A stretch of 64,000 nucleotides of DNA from Chiloscyllium plagiosum. Taxonomy: Eukaryota. The translations under genes and the position numbers were made by a program. The stretch is from NCBI RefSeq assembly GCF_004010195.1, contig NC_057749.1, positions 6,717,416 through 6,781,415 of the forward strand, in the 5' to 3' direction. Of the stretch, positions 51,726 through 63,264 are shown one piece after another (the stretch's first letter is position 1; every line of letters starts with the position of its first letter). The notes beneath the pieces were generated by a model. It worked only from the letters and a program-made list of their open reading frames with translations, had not been told where the DNA came from and searched no databases.

Positions 51726-52429
51726 GCTGACGTTAGAGCAAAATTTGACTCAGCCTGTTTCCTTTATTCCACAAAGTCCTGCAAATGTTTGTTTTGGGAG
51801 TATATATTCAATTGCTTTTTGAATGTTATGATTGAGCAGCCTTTCAGACAGTGAGCATAATCTTGCATCCAGAGCACTACAGTTATCACTTGGGACAGAG
51901 ATACTTCAACTGGGGACACCTTATGCTGTAAAGAGAATAGAGGTCTTGGACATGGAGGCTCTAAACAGGGGGAGGCAGGAACAAAAAGCAACAGATTAAT
52001 TATGTGAAATATGTAGCAGAAATGCAACATTTTCTTTTACTGCACCTCCCACCTGCTAACTGCAGAAGCAAATGAACACAGAGAATGGGATCTGACTTGT
52101 GACTTCTAATAAAGTTGGAGAATAAATATTTGAAACAACACTTGTGTGTCAGTTCCTGTAAAGATGCCGGCATATCAATTCTGTGAATCTGGTCAATTTT
52201 TTTTTGCCGTCAAATAAATGCGTTTCTAATTGAAATCCATTTTGGTGTTTTTCCCTAGTACTGCCTGATAACAGTAATTGTTCTTTCTGTCAATAACAGG
52301 CCGTGTTTTGTTTTACAACCTTTACAGAATAGGAGTTGAGCAGCTCAATCATTTTTCTTTACATGTTTGAAGTGAGTTCTTCTTAGAAGACAGAATTTAT
52401 TTCAAGTTGGTAGTCTATTTTTAATCAAG

Positions 52430-52970
52430 CAATCTATCAACACATCTTCTCATCAATAAATCTATCTCAGTTCTGTCTTGCCATGCATCCAATTATCAAA
52501 GTAATCTATTTATCTATCTTGACAATTCATCCAGGCTGACAATTCATCTAATCATTCATCCATTGATCTATCTAGATAATTCTGCACAGCAGCTTTCAAT
52601 CAAGGCTTTCCCTATACCTATTTTTCTATTTGGCTAATCCATCTATCTGATCTATCTATCTGATCTACACATCTGTCTAGACTGTGCAATATAATCTAGC
52701 TTTCCACCTTTCCATCAAACCATTCATCTGGATATTCTATTTAACTAGTCATTTCTTAATATTGTCTATCCATCCATTTTCTATATGTCTCTCTGGCCAT
52801 GTATATGCTTATTCCTCAGCATAGCTATCTATCCACCCCTCCATCTCTCAATCTAACTATTCAGCTGCATGTCTACCTAACCAGCTCTCCAGCCTTTCAT
52901 TCATCTATTTATTTAATCCATATTTTCATCCATTATTTTGACAGCTAATATGTTTACAGAGCCATCTACC
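52430..52970. repeat. Decayed (TCTA/TCCA)n tetranucleotide tract
   Basis: Recurrent atct/atcc units. Confidence 0.6.
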
Positions 52971-54638
52971 TCTTTAGAAAAAAATAAATGAATGCATATC
53001 AAAGTAGACAAGTAACTGGACCAGATCATAGACCATTAATTGTGACTGACCAAAACTTTTCTGCTTCAAAGCAGCTGTTTGATACAATATAGGTTCAGGC
53101 TGTACTGACTTCTAACCTCAATTACTTTTAAGCAAATAAATTGCGTCTAATTATACCATTTAAAAATCCATTTGACTGATAGTTTCTATTTTAATGAGAT
53201 ACAATTGCATTCTATCGCTGCAATTTTGCGCTCAATGATTGTAATTATGGAAGAGTTCTAAGTTGTATTAGTTGGTTTATGAAAATGAACACATCTTATT
53301 AAACTGAGCCAAGCGTAGCTCAGTAACTTCATAGTGAGGAGAAACAAGTACAAACTTGAATAATGAATGAAAATTGCTCTGCCTTAATTAAAAATTACAC
53401 CTCTTAGAAAAATCTAGGCAAACACATTCACATTAAGTACGCCGACATTTTGAGAGTGCAGGAAAGCCCTGGCTTGCCTGAAGCAAGACCCAAGTGTACA
53501 AGATGACTTACTCTCTGACTGTTTTAAGTGGGACTCAATGACATCCAACGTGGGGAAAGCACATCAACAATGGTCATTTAAGATGCAGAGGATCTCTCTG
53601 TTTTTTTGTTTAATGCATACAGTACATTGCATTGTGTTTCATCCAGAAAATTAAACATGATGTGTTTCATATTGTGGGAATGGGGCTGGAGAATAATTCC
53701 TCTGTCAATATTTAATATTGCATGATGCTAGATCTCCAAAATGGCAAGCATTGCTCTCATATTTCATATTTCAGCTCCCTATCACCAGCTGAGCTCACTG
53801 AACAGAGCTGAATTTTACAAATTTGCCCTGTTACTTGCAGCCATGACTACCTCCAACTGGTATTTTTAGTGAGTCTGTAAATGCGTTCTACACTTATGAT
53901 GTTGTCACACATGGGGGCTGAGATTGTCTCCTTCCTCTAGTAATGCTGCAGTGTGCATTCTCCTTGGTCCTGTATGTTGGAGACAAAATGAAAGGACCAG
54001 CAAGGCTCTGCCCTCTGTGATCAGACCTTGAACTGTGTCTCCATACAGAGCGACAAACTATTAGTGGACAAAGTTGCTCATGCAAATTTCTGGTGTAGAA
54101 ATACCACAGATGTGTCAATGCCCTATCAATGGGAATATGATACAAAGCACTCTCCCAATGACAGCTTTTGATTTATCATCTGATACAATCCAAGATATCT
54201 TTGAGTGGATGTTCCTGGACTTAGACCTACCTATTCTGATTATTGGCACATAGGGACAAATGAGTAAAGATTGCCCAGAAACATGCCTATCATTTATTTA
54301 GACAATTGGGAACGCTGATGGCCACTCATATAGGTATGCAGTCTTTATTGCCTGATTTTCTTATTTTCACTGCATCTTGGAACGTCGAGAGTTATGGCAG
54401 GGAAAATCCACCCTCATTTATTTAGAGATGCTTCATGAACAGAGAAGCCTTCTGTCTCTTGCTCGCACTCTCACAACTGGACCTTTGCTGTAAGTTTTAT
54501 TGCTGAAAAAAATAGCTTTTCCTTCCATCCAATGTGCATTTTTGCTTTATAACCCTAGCTTTAAATCGCTATCCCAACCACGCAAACTCCTCAAAAATCA
54601 AGTGTCTGTAAATCTGTGACTGCTTTCCTAGCACTCAC

Positions 54639-54788
54639 CTGGGTACGGGTGGATGCCATTGGCATAGATAGTGTCAGATGCTGGTTGACCATTAGTCTGT
54701 GGTGGCATGGCACTAAACCCATTGACTCCAATGGGCGTAGCTATGCTGGGTACAGCTGCTGCATTGATGCCAGGAGGGGTACTGGTGC
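54639..54788 (-). CDS. CELF6: CELF exon, divergent domain: (G)[49 protein letters not shown]
   Basis: Acceptor ttttcttctatag, donor CAG|gtgagt; 150 nt, phase 1-1. Translated by hand; not in the ORF track. Confidence 0.92.
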
Positions 54789-55062
54789 CTATAGAAGAAA
54801 ACGAACAACAATCTGTGAAGAAAATACATTCCTGTAAGCATAAGCCTGAAGCGAAATGAGGCTACTTATTCATACTGCCTGCCATTTATCTTCCTACGAG
54901 GCTGCTGGCTTCTTTTACAGATAGAGCTTCAAGAAACAATATGACATTACTTCCCTATGTGCAATACATTAACACCAATTAATGGAATCGCGATGGCACT
55001 GAGCTAAGGCCTCTTGCGGCATAGTGGTACTGTCCATACCTCTGGGCCAAAAGAACTTTTTT

Positions 55063-55403
55063 ACAGAATTCCTATAGTGTAGAAATAGGCCCTTCCGCCC
55101 AGCAAGTCCACACCAACCCTCCGAAGAGTATCCCAAACAGACCCACTCCCTTACCCTATTACTTTACATTTCCCCCTGATTAATGCACCTAACCTACACA
55201 TCCCTGAACACTACGGGCAATTTAGTATGGCCAATCCACCTAACCTGCACATCTTTGGACTGTGGGAGGAAATCGGAGCACCCAGAGGGAACCCATGCAG
55301 ACACGGGGAGAATGTGCAAACTCCACACAGTCGCCCGAGGTTGGAATCGAACCTGGTTCCCTGCATTGTGAGGCAGCAGTGCTGTGAGCCACCGTGCCGC
55401 CCC
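55063..55403 (-). mobile_element. HE1-type SINE
   Basis: Full-length reverse copy about 275 bp from the exon acceptor at 54789. Confidence 0.9.
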
Positions 55404-55614
55404 ACAGTGCACCAAGAGGCCTTGGTTCAGTTCCTATCTCCTCCACATCTGATCAGGTTGATTAAATATCTAGTATCATTGAGGTGGGGTAAAGACAAGC
55501 AAAGAAGATATCTGGAGCAATGTTTTCAAATGAACATAACAATATTGAAGTGAAGCACAGGGTCAGACATGTATCAATTTAATTATATATTTAGTACAAC
55601 ACCCTAAAGGGTTG

Positions 55615-57680
55615 CTAGCTGTGGTAGAAACATAGTAAGGTCTTTATAAGTACATTTAGGACATCAATACAAACAATATTTATAGAGGTGGACAAATGTG
55701 AATTAATTAGGGAGATCCAGTGTGGATTTCTTAATGGAAAGTCACGTTTATTTGATCTGTTAGTGTCTTGAAGAAGTATCAGGATAATTCTGTTTATAAT
55801 GTCTTCTTGAACTTCCAGAATGCATTTGACGCATTGCCAGACAAGACCTGCAAGCAAAGTTGGAGCCCGTGGGATAAAATGACAGGAGCAAGGTGGATAT
55901 AAAAAGTCAAAGAGTGTGGTGCTGGAAAAGCACAGCCGATCAGGCAGCATCCGAGGAGCAGGAGAGTTGACATTTCAGGCATGAGCCCTTTATCAGGAAG
56001 GGCTTCCTGATGAAGGACCTATGCCCAAAATGTCGGTTCTCCTGCTCTTCGGATGCTGCCTGACCGGCTGTGCTTTACCAGAACCATACTCTTCGACTCT
56101 AATCTCCAGTATCTGCAGTCCAAGCTTTCTCCTGGATATAAAAAGTGGCTAACAAAAAACATCAGCTAAGGGTAAAAGTATGGGGAGCTTGGAGATGGTT
56201 CGCAATAGGGTTGATTGTGTGTCAGTCTTGAGACCCTTGCTTTTCCTGATATATATTAATTATCTGGAGCTTTGGTCTACAGGGCACAATTTCCAAACTG
56301 GAAGGTGATATAAACCGTAAAAGTATTTCTCAACTGTGAGAAGGATTGTGCAGAAATGCATAAGGACATAGAAAAGTTGGTGGAGTGGGCAGATAGACAG
56401 CAGACCAACTGAAAAAGTGCAAGGTGCTGCATTTGGTAGGGAGAACATGGAGAGAAAATATAACGTAAAGGACAACATTTTAAAGTGTGTGTAGGAGCAG
56501 AGAGACCTGGATGTATACATGCATGAGTCTTTGAGTGGGAGGACAGTTTGAGAGAGCTGTTAATAAGGCATATGCTGTTGCAGGCTTCAGTGATAGGGGC
56601 ATAGAAGAGCAAGAAGATTACACTGAACTTGTATAAATCACAAATGAGGACTCAGCTTGTGTACTGTGTATAGTTCTGAAAGCCTTTCTTTATGAAGAGC
56701 ATGGACATGTAGGGGAGATTACAGAAAAGGATAATGTGAATGGTACTAGGGATGAAAGTTTCAGAGAAGACAGAGGAAATCTGATTCAACTGTTCAAAGC
56801 CATGAGGTGTCTATACAGAGTAAATACATATTCCCATTTGTGGAAGGATTGAAAATGAGAGGACACAGATTTAAATCATTAGGATGGAAAACAAAAGTGT
56901 TGTGAGAAAACACATTTTCACATTGCAAGTGGTAAGGGTCTGGAATGCACTGCCTGGGAATGTGAGGGAGGAATGTTTAATTGAAGCATTCAAAAGCATT
57001 AGCTGGCTAGTTGAATTGGATGAATGTGCAGGGTTACATTTGGAGAGCTGATACAAACACAATGGGCCCAATGGTCTCCTGCACTGTAACAATTTTGTGA
57101 TTCTGTGAAAGCAGGTGCATGGTTGTTAAATTTGCGATGACAAATAGGTAGAAATTACTTGTCAAGAGAAGTGAGAGAGTCTGCAATGGGATATAGATAG
57201 ATTAAATGAGTAATTAAAAATTTGGCACATGGAGCATAATGTGGCAAAATATGAACTTCTTTACCTTAGCAGAAAGAATAGAAAGCTAGTGTATTATCTG
57301 AATGGAGAGTGCTTGCAGAACTTTAGATACAGAGGGATCTCGGCAATAGATGATAAAAACAGGGTGGTCTTACTTTAGCTGCACAGACCTTTAGTGAGAC
57401 CACATCAGGAGCATTATGTGCAGCTTTGGTCTCCTTTTGCAAACAAGAGATGATGTTACAAGCAGTATAATGAATGCTCATTTGTTTTATTCATGGGATG
57501 GTGTATTTATCTTATTGAAATATAGAAGCTTCTGAGGGGAATTGATGGAGTTGATACCAAGAATGTTTATCCCCTTTTGGGGAAGGATAGAACTAGGATA
57601 CACAGTTTAAGAATAAGAGGGGTCCTTTTCAAGGTGGAGATTAGAATAATTTTTCCCTCTCTCAGAGGGCTATCAGTATG
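55615..57680 (+). mobile_element. Old decayed CR1 RT-region fragments (two consecutive copies)
   Basis: Remnants resembling Q.GF..GKS.L, DFQ.AFD and FLIYINDL motifs, heavily frameshifted. Confidence 0.65.
55908..56132. mobile_element. Inverted-repeat mini-PLE (family A) inserted in a CR1 fragment
   Basis: Arms centred on about 55997; 14-bp TSD tggatataaaaagt at 55894-55907 and 56133-56146. Confidence 0.8.
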
Positions 57681-57973
57681 ATTTTAATATTTTATTTCAT
57701 GGGATGTTTTGGTCTTGACCACCATTTATTACCATCTCCAACTGACCCTGAGAAGGTGGTGGTGAGTCATCTTTTGAACTGTGACTGTCCATTTCCGAAA
57801 GGGTCATGCACAGTGCTGCGAGGGAGGGAGTTCCAGGACTTTAACCCAGCAACAGCGAAGGAACAGCGATATGGATGGGGACATGCAGGCTGGCAACTGG
57901 CTGTTGCCTGTTGCCCATATTTGTTATCTATCACCCTTGTCTTTCTGTGTGGTGGAAATCACTTTAGATACAG

Positions 57974-58335
57974 AGGGCAGCATGGTGGCTCAGTAATTAG
58001 CACTGCTGCCTCACAGCTCCAGAGACCTGGATTCGATTCCATCCTTGGGTGACTGTCTGTTTAGAGTTTGTACATTCTCGCTGTGGTTTGCATGGGTTTT
58101 TTCAGGCTGCTTCGGTTTCCTCGCACACTCCAAAGATGTCCAGATTGGAAGGATTAACCATGCTAAATAACATGTCGTGTGCAGGTTAGATGGGTTAGCC
58201 ATGGGAAATGCAGGGTTAGAAGGATAGGGTGGGGTGATCTTCGGAGGGTCGGTATGGACTCATAAAATCCCTACAGTGTGGAAGCAGGTCATTCAGTCCA
58301 TCAAGTCTAAGCCACCCCTCCAAGAAGTATCCCAA
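57974..58335 (+). mobile_element. HE1-type SINE followed by an inverted SINE tail (about 58263-58335)
   Basis: Head and V-domain on the plus strand; tail on the minus strand. Confidence 0.8.
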
Positions 58336-58609
58336 TGGATGTGAGAGTGAATTAGACAGAATATTGGCAGATAAAAGAGAGGAGGGTTATGATATGCAAC
58401 CAGTGAAAAGGAGTTGAGAGCACAACCAAATCAGGCATGGTCTTAACAAATGGTGGATGAGACTAGAAGGGCTGAAGGGCCTATTCCTGCTCCTAAATCC
58501 TGTATACCAATGTTCTACATAACTAAAATGAATCTTCATCTTATTGCTGCCCCAGTTCATTTGCTGAAGTTAAATTATTACTTAAGGCTGGCCTTGTGAA
58601 ATACAAGGG

Positions 58610-59305
58610 TCATGGGTAATGCTGTTGAACATAGAGAGACCGAAGGGTTCAGGGACATAGTTCTTTGAATTAGACAGGGTGATTACGAAGGTGTTTAGTA
58701 TGTTTGCCTTCACTGCTCAGACCTTTGTGAATAGAAGTTGATATGTCATGTTGAGGTTGTACAGGATGTTGGTGAGGCCATTTTTGGAATACTGCTGTTA
58801 TAGGAAAGATATTATTAAACTGGAGAAGTTTAAGAAGAGGCTTATAAGGGTGTTGCCAGGACTGAAGGTTTGCTTTATAAGGAGAGGCTGGATAGGCTGG
58901 CATGTTTTTCACTGGAGTGTAGGAGGTTGAGGGGTGACCTTATAGAGGTTTATAAAATCATGAAGGGCAGAGATAGGGTGAATAGCAAAGGCATTTTGCC
59001 AGGGTGGGGAAGTCCAAAACCAGATGGCATATTTTTAAGGTGAGAGGAGAAAGAATTAAAAGAGACTTGAGGGTAAACTTTATCACACAGAGGGTGGTGT
59101 GTGTGTGTGGAATAAGGTGCCAGAAGAAGTGGTAGATGCAGGAATAGTTACAACATTTAGAAGACATTTGGACAGGTACATGAATAGGAGAGGTTTCAAG
59201 GGATACCAGCAAACTCCAGAAAATGGAACTAGTTTAATTGAGGGCACTTGGTCAGCATGGATGAGCTGGACCGAAGGGTCTGTCTCCAAGCTGTATGACT
59301 CTATT
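58610..59305 (+). mobile_element. CR1/HER1-type LINE 3' fragment
   Basis: LRLYRMLVRPFLEYC motif and CR1 tail. Confidence 0.88.
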
Positions 59306-59930
59306 AACATGTTTTAACAATCCAGAGCTTACTTAGGCCATACCCAGAGTAACAGTGAGCAGTTTGTAGGCACCACACCTTAGGAAGGACATATTGGCTT
59401 TGAAGGGAAAACAGTGCAGATGTAACAGAATAATACCTGGACTCCAAGGAATAGATTCCCTGGTGTTTAGAATGCGACGGATATGACTTTTTAAAGGTTT
59501 ATTCATGAGATTGTTGCTGGACAGTTCAATATTTATTTCCCGTCCCTAGTTGCCCAGGGAGAGTCAACCACATCTCTGTGGGTCTGAAGTCACATGTAGG
59601 CAGATAAGAGTGGCAGCTTCCTTCCCTAAAGGACATTAGGAACCAATTGGGTTTTTTTGACAATGGATTCATGGTCATCATTAAACTCTTAAGCCCAGAT
59701 CCTTTACTGAATTGAAAATCTACCATCTGCTGTGGTGAGGTTTGAACCCAGGTCCCCCGGACATCACCTGGGTCTTTGGAACGAACAATCCAGTAATAAT
59801 ACCATTAGGTCATCCCCTGCGTCAGTGTTACTAGAGGGGAACAAAGGGTAGGCAGACAAGCACACAATTCACTCCCACCGCTGAGGATCAGTAGGTGAGA
59901 GTAGGATTCCAGCCTGGGTCACCGGCATAC

Positions 59931-60075
59931 CTGATGACGGTGTCATTGGCGTTGCCACCAGCCCGTTCACATTGAACGCCGCCATCTGCTGCATCTGAGC
60001 CGCTGCGATCGCAGCCATCGGATTCAAGTAGGTGCCCTGCGCTGCTGCCATTAGAGCTGCCTGTTGCTGCATCAA
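59931..60075 (-). CDS. CELF6: CELF exon, divergent domain: [48 protein letters not shown](G)
   Basis: Acceptor ttctctttcag, donor CAG|gtatgc; 145 nt, phase 0-1; in frame with neighbouring exons. Confidence 0.93.
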
Positions 60076-61255
60076 CTGAAAGAGAACACAAACAAGAGTT
60101 TCTCACCGAAAGTGATCTCTTCTCTTCCACTCGCACCCCGGTTGATGCCGAGACCTGGGACCCTCGCACTGGTACTCGCTCTAACTTTCCGCTGAGAAGC
60201 GAAATCTCTTCTCTCCTGTCCCTAAACAATGCACCTCAACCTGGCCTTGGCCAGAGATGCCAAATGGGACTGAAGCAGATATGACACATTCCCTAAGCTG
60301 GAGGCAGTGAGGGTTGGTTGTATTAATAAACTTGAGATGAACGGTTGCAAGATCGGTGGCTGTGCAGAATGAGTTTGATTCGACCGGACTAGCTGTGTGA
60401 CACAGCAGATTGAAAAAACTGTGCAGAAGCATCTGCCATACGCCAAAGACAAGGGAGAAATGATCTGAACAAGACAAGGGTAATTTAAGCAACAATAGAT
60501 CTGCACATGTACTGTCTTGTTTTAAAATGGAACAGAAGGCTGAGGTTGATAAGCAAATCCCTCATTCTTATACTTTAGCCCCAATTCAACAAGACAAGTA
60601 GACATGAAGATTCTATTATTTCATGGTTAACACTCGTAAAAGTTTTTTTTGGTCCCTGTGGTTACAGCATGAAACCAGTTAGTGCATCTCAGACTCTGAC
60701 AGCCAGAACCACTCAATGTGAAGATCTCACTGCTCAGCAGTTTATAGCTCACACCATTTTGAACAAGGCGTATCGGGATGGTCAGAAGGCAGAATTTACC
60801 AGCTATATTGCGAAAAGGCACCAGAGAAACTTGAGCTATTTTCACGGAAGATGAACAGCTGATCAGATGGAAAAGGTTTCAAATGATGTGGGGTTTTGGT
60901 CTCGTTAAAAAATGACGGGCACTCATCTGAGAGCTGGCAATGCAGGACACAAATAGAAGATTAGCACTAAAGGATCAAAGTGAGAGGTGTGAAGGGATTC
61001 TCCAGGTGTAGAATGTATATTCCAATGCATAATTCCAGTGGCGTTCACTTGACGTACATATCTAAAATGGGCTCGTGATTAAATGAACACTTTTATGAGG
61101 AGGTGGGGGGATTGACATGGAAGTGAATATCTTCCTCTACTGCTAATTGATTCTGAGCTGTAAGGCCCCTGCATTAAGATGCAAAGTAAACCCATCACAT
61201 CAGCTGTGCCCTATTTATTGCATATCACAGCTGGCGAGACATTGGATCTACCTAC

Positions 61256-61399
61256 CGCTTGAGTGTAGGCTCCATATGCGCCAAACTGGATTGCCATTGG
61301 ATTAAAGATGCCAAGCTGCCCTGCCATCTGGTGCATGCGTCGCAGAGTGCGTTCCTTGTCCGTGTCTGCGAATTTCACCACGAGACTGGACGATGCCCC
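61256..61399 (-). CDS. CELF6: CELF-family exon (end of RRM2, start of divergent domain): [48 protein letters not shown]
   Basis: Acceptor ttcttccag at 61400+, donor GCG|gtaggt at 61255; 144 nt, phase 0-0. The peptide is the hallmark CELF3-6 RRM2 C-terminus. Paralog call rests on the downstream DNPTSAQ and YAP(I/V)S.AFPQQP motifs. Confidence 0.93.
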
Positions 61400-62439
61400 C
61401 TGGAAGAAGGAGGAGAGATGTTCAGGAGGAAAGGAAACTGTTGGCTGGCCAAATGGATTTCTACCTATTTGACAGGATTTGGAATGCTGTGGAATTATAC
61501 TTTCGAACTCCAATTTCCTTTTACTGTTTTGCTAATGAAACAGAACGTTGGCAACGATCACAACTGCAGAATAACGTATAGTAAAAATTGACATTGATCA
61601 TTTGAGGCTTAATTACTCAAGACTGATTGATTGGTTAAAACTCTGCAGTGAAATCAGACCCCCTCTTAAACTCATTATACCAGCTGTCCATTTTTGCAGC
61701 CAGACATTTTAAACAGCCGCCCATTCTTTTATATTTTAAATTTTTGACTCAAATAAAGCAATTCATAGTCCAAAAAAAAATTTAAGAGTGCACAAATCTC
61801 AACTCTGTAGAAAAAAAACAGAAGTGGGCAATTGGGAGGACCCACTTTGATAAGGAGGGAGTTTGATGTATGAGACATACCGGGCAAAGATTATGACGCA
61901 TACTCATCAATGATACTACGCTCTTGTCAATACATTTAACCATCTCAAACAAGGTAATGTCTTTCTCATAAACTACTTCAGCAGGGGCTCAGTGGGTAGC
62001 ACTCTGGAGGGTTCTGAGCACAAGATTTGTTCCAAAGAATGGATTACAAAATCCAAAGCAAATATGGAAAATATAAAATAAACAAGGAAGCGCTGCATTG
62101 TTGGAGGTGCAGTTGGACAGATAGCAGGTAGGTCATTGGTGCAGATCACCAGTATAGAATCCCTACAGTGCGGAAACAGGCCATTCAGTCCATCAAGTCC
62201 ATACCGACCCTTCAAAGTGCAACCCAATTCCGGATATTACAAGATATCAAAGAATATGCGGATATAGCAGGCAAAAGGCATCAAGATCAGCCATGATCTG
62301 GTTGAATGACACAGCAGGTATGAGGGGCTGAATGGCCTATTCCAGTTTATATTGGCTATGAAATATTGGAGAGGCAATGCAATTGAGCGATGGAGGTGGG
62401 ACTTCATAAAGAGCCTGAAAATGGTTAAGAATATAAAAC

Positions 62440-62867
62440 AAAGAGACTTTGCAGTGCAGGTTCATAGCTCCTCAAAAGTGGAGTTGCAGGTAGAGAGGAT
62501 AGTGAAGGTGTTTGTTATACTTTCCTTTATTGGTCAGATAATTGAGTACCGGAGTTGGGAGGTCATGTTGTGGCTGTGCAGGGCATTGATTAGGCCACTG
62601 TTGGAATATTGCGTGCAATTCTGGTCTCCTTGCTTTCACTCAGAGGGTGGTACGTGTATGGAATGAGCTGCCAGAGGAAGTGGTGGAGGCTGGTACAATT
62701 TCAACATTTAAAAGGCATCTGGATGGGTATATGAATAGGAAGGATTCAGAGGGAAATGGGCCAGGTGCTAACAGATGGGACTAGATTGGGTTGGGCTATC
62801 AGGTTGGCATGGATGAGTTGGACCAAAGGGTGTGTTTCCGTGCTATACATCTCTATGACTCTATGAC
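62440..62867 (+). mobile_element. CR1/HER1-type LINE 3' fragment with internal deletion
   Basis: LIRPLLEYCVQFWSP joins directly to tttcactcagaggg, about 270 bp shorter than the copy at 4777-5533. Confidence 0.85.
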
Positions 62868-63264
62868 GTTACATTCCTCAGGCACATAGTGTCTGGGCCA
62901 GTACTGAGCTATTAGATGACAGTAGAGTACACCAGGCTTCCAGTAGAATATCAAGCTTCAGGTGATCCCAGAGTTAGATAGAGTATGAGTCTGTTATACC
63001 CCGAGGTCTCATGATACAGTGACGGTGTATTGTGACCATGATTCTTAAAGGTGTAATGGCATATTAACCTCTTAAAGATGTACTGAGAGATAACATCTGC
63101 CCCAGGTAAAATGGTGACAGGAGTAGGGCATGGCAATTGTGGCCATTATTTGTCCACTTAAAGATGTCAACTGGCCTCTCACCTGCTCCATCACCTCCTC
63201 TAAGATAGGAGCCAGGTCAGGGCAGGCGAATATGAGATGGACAGGCACCGCACTACTTTATACC

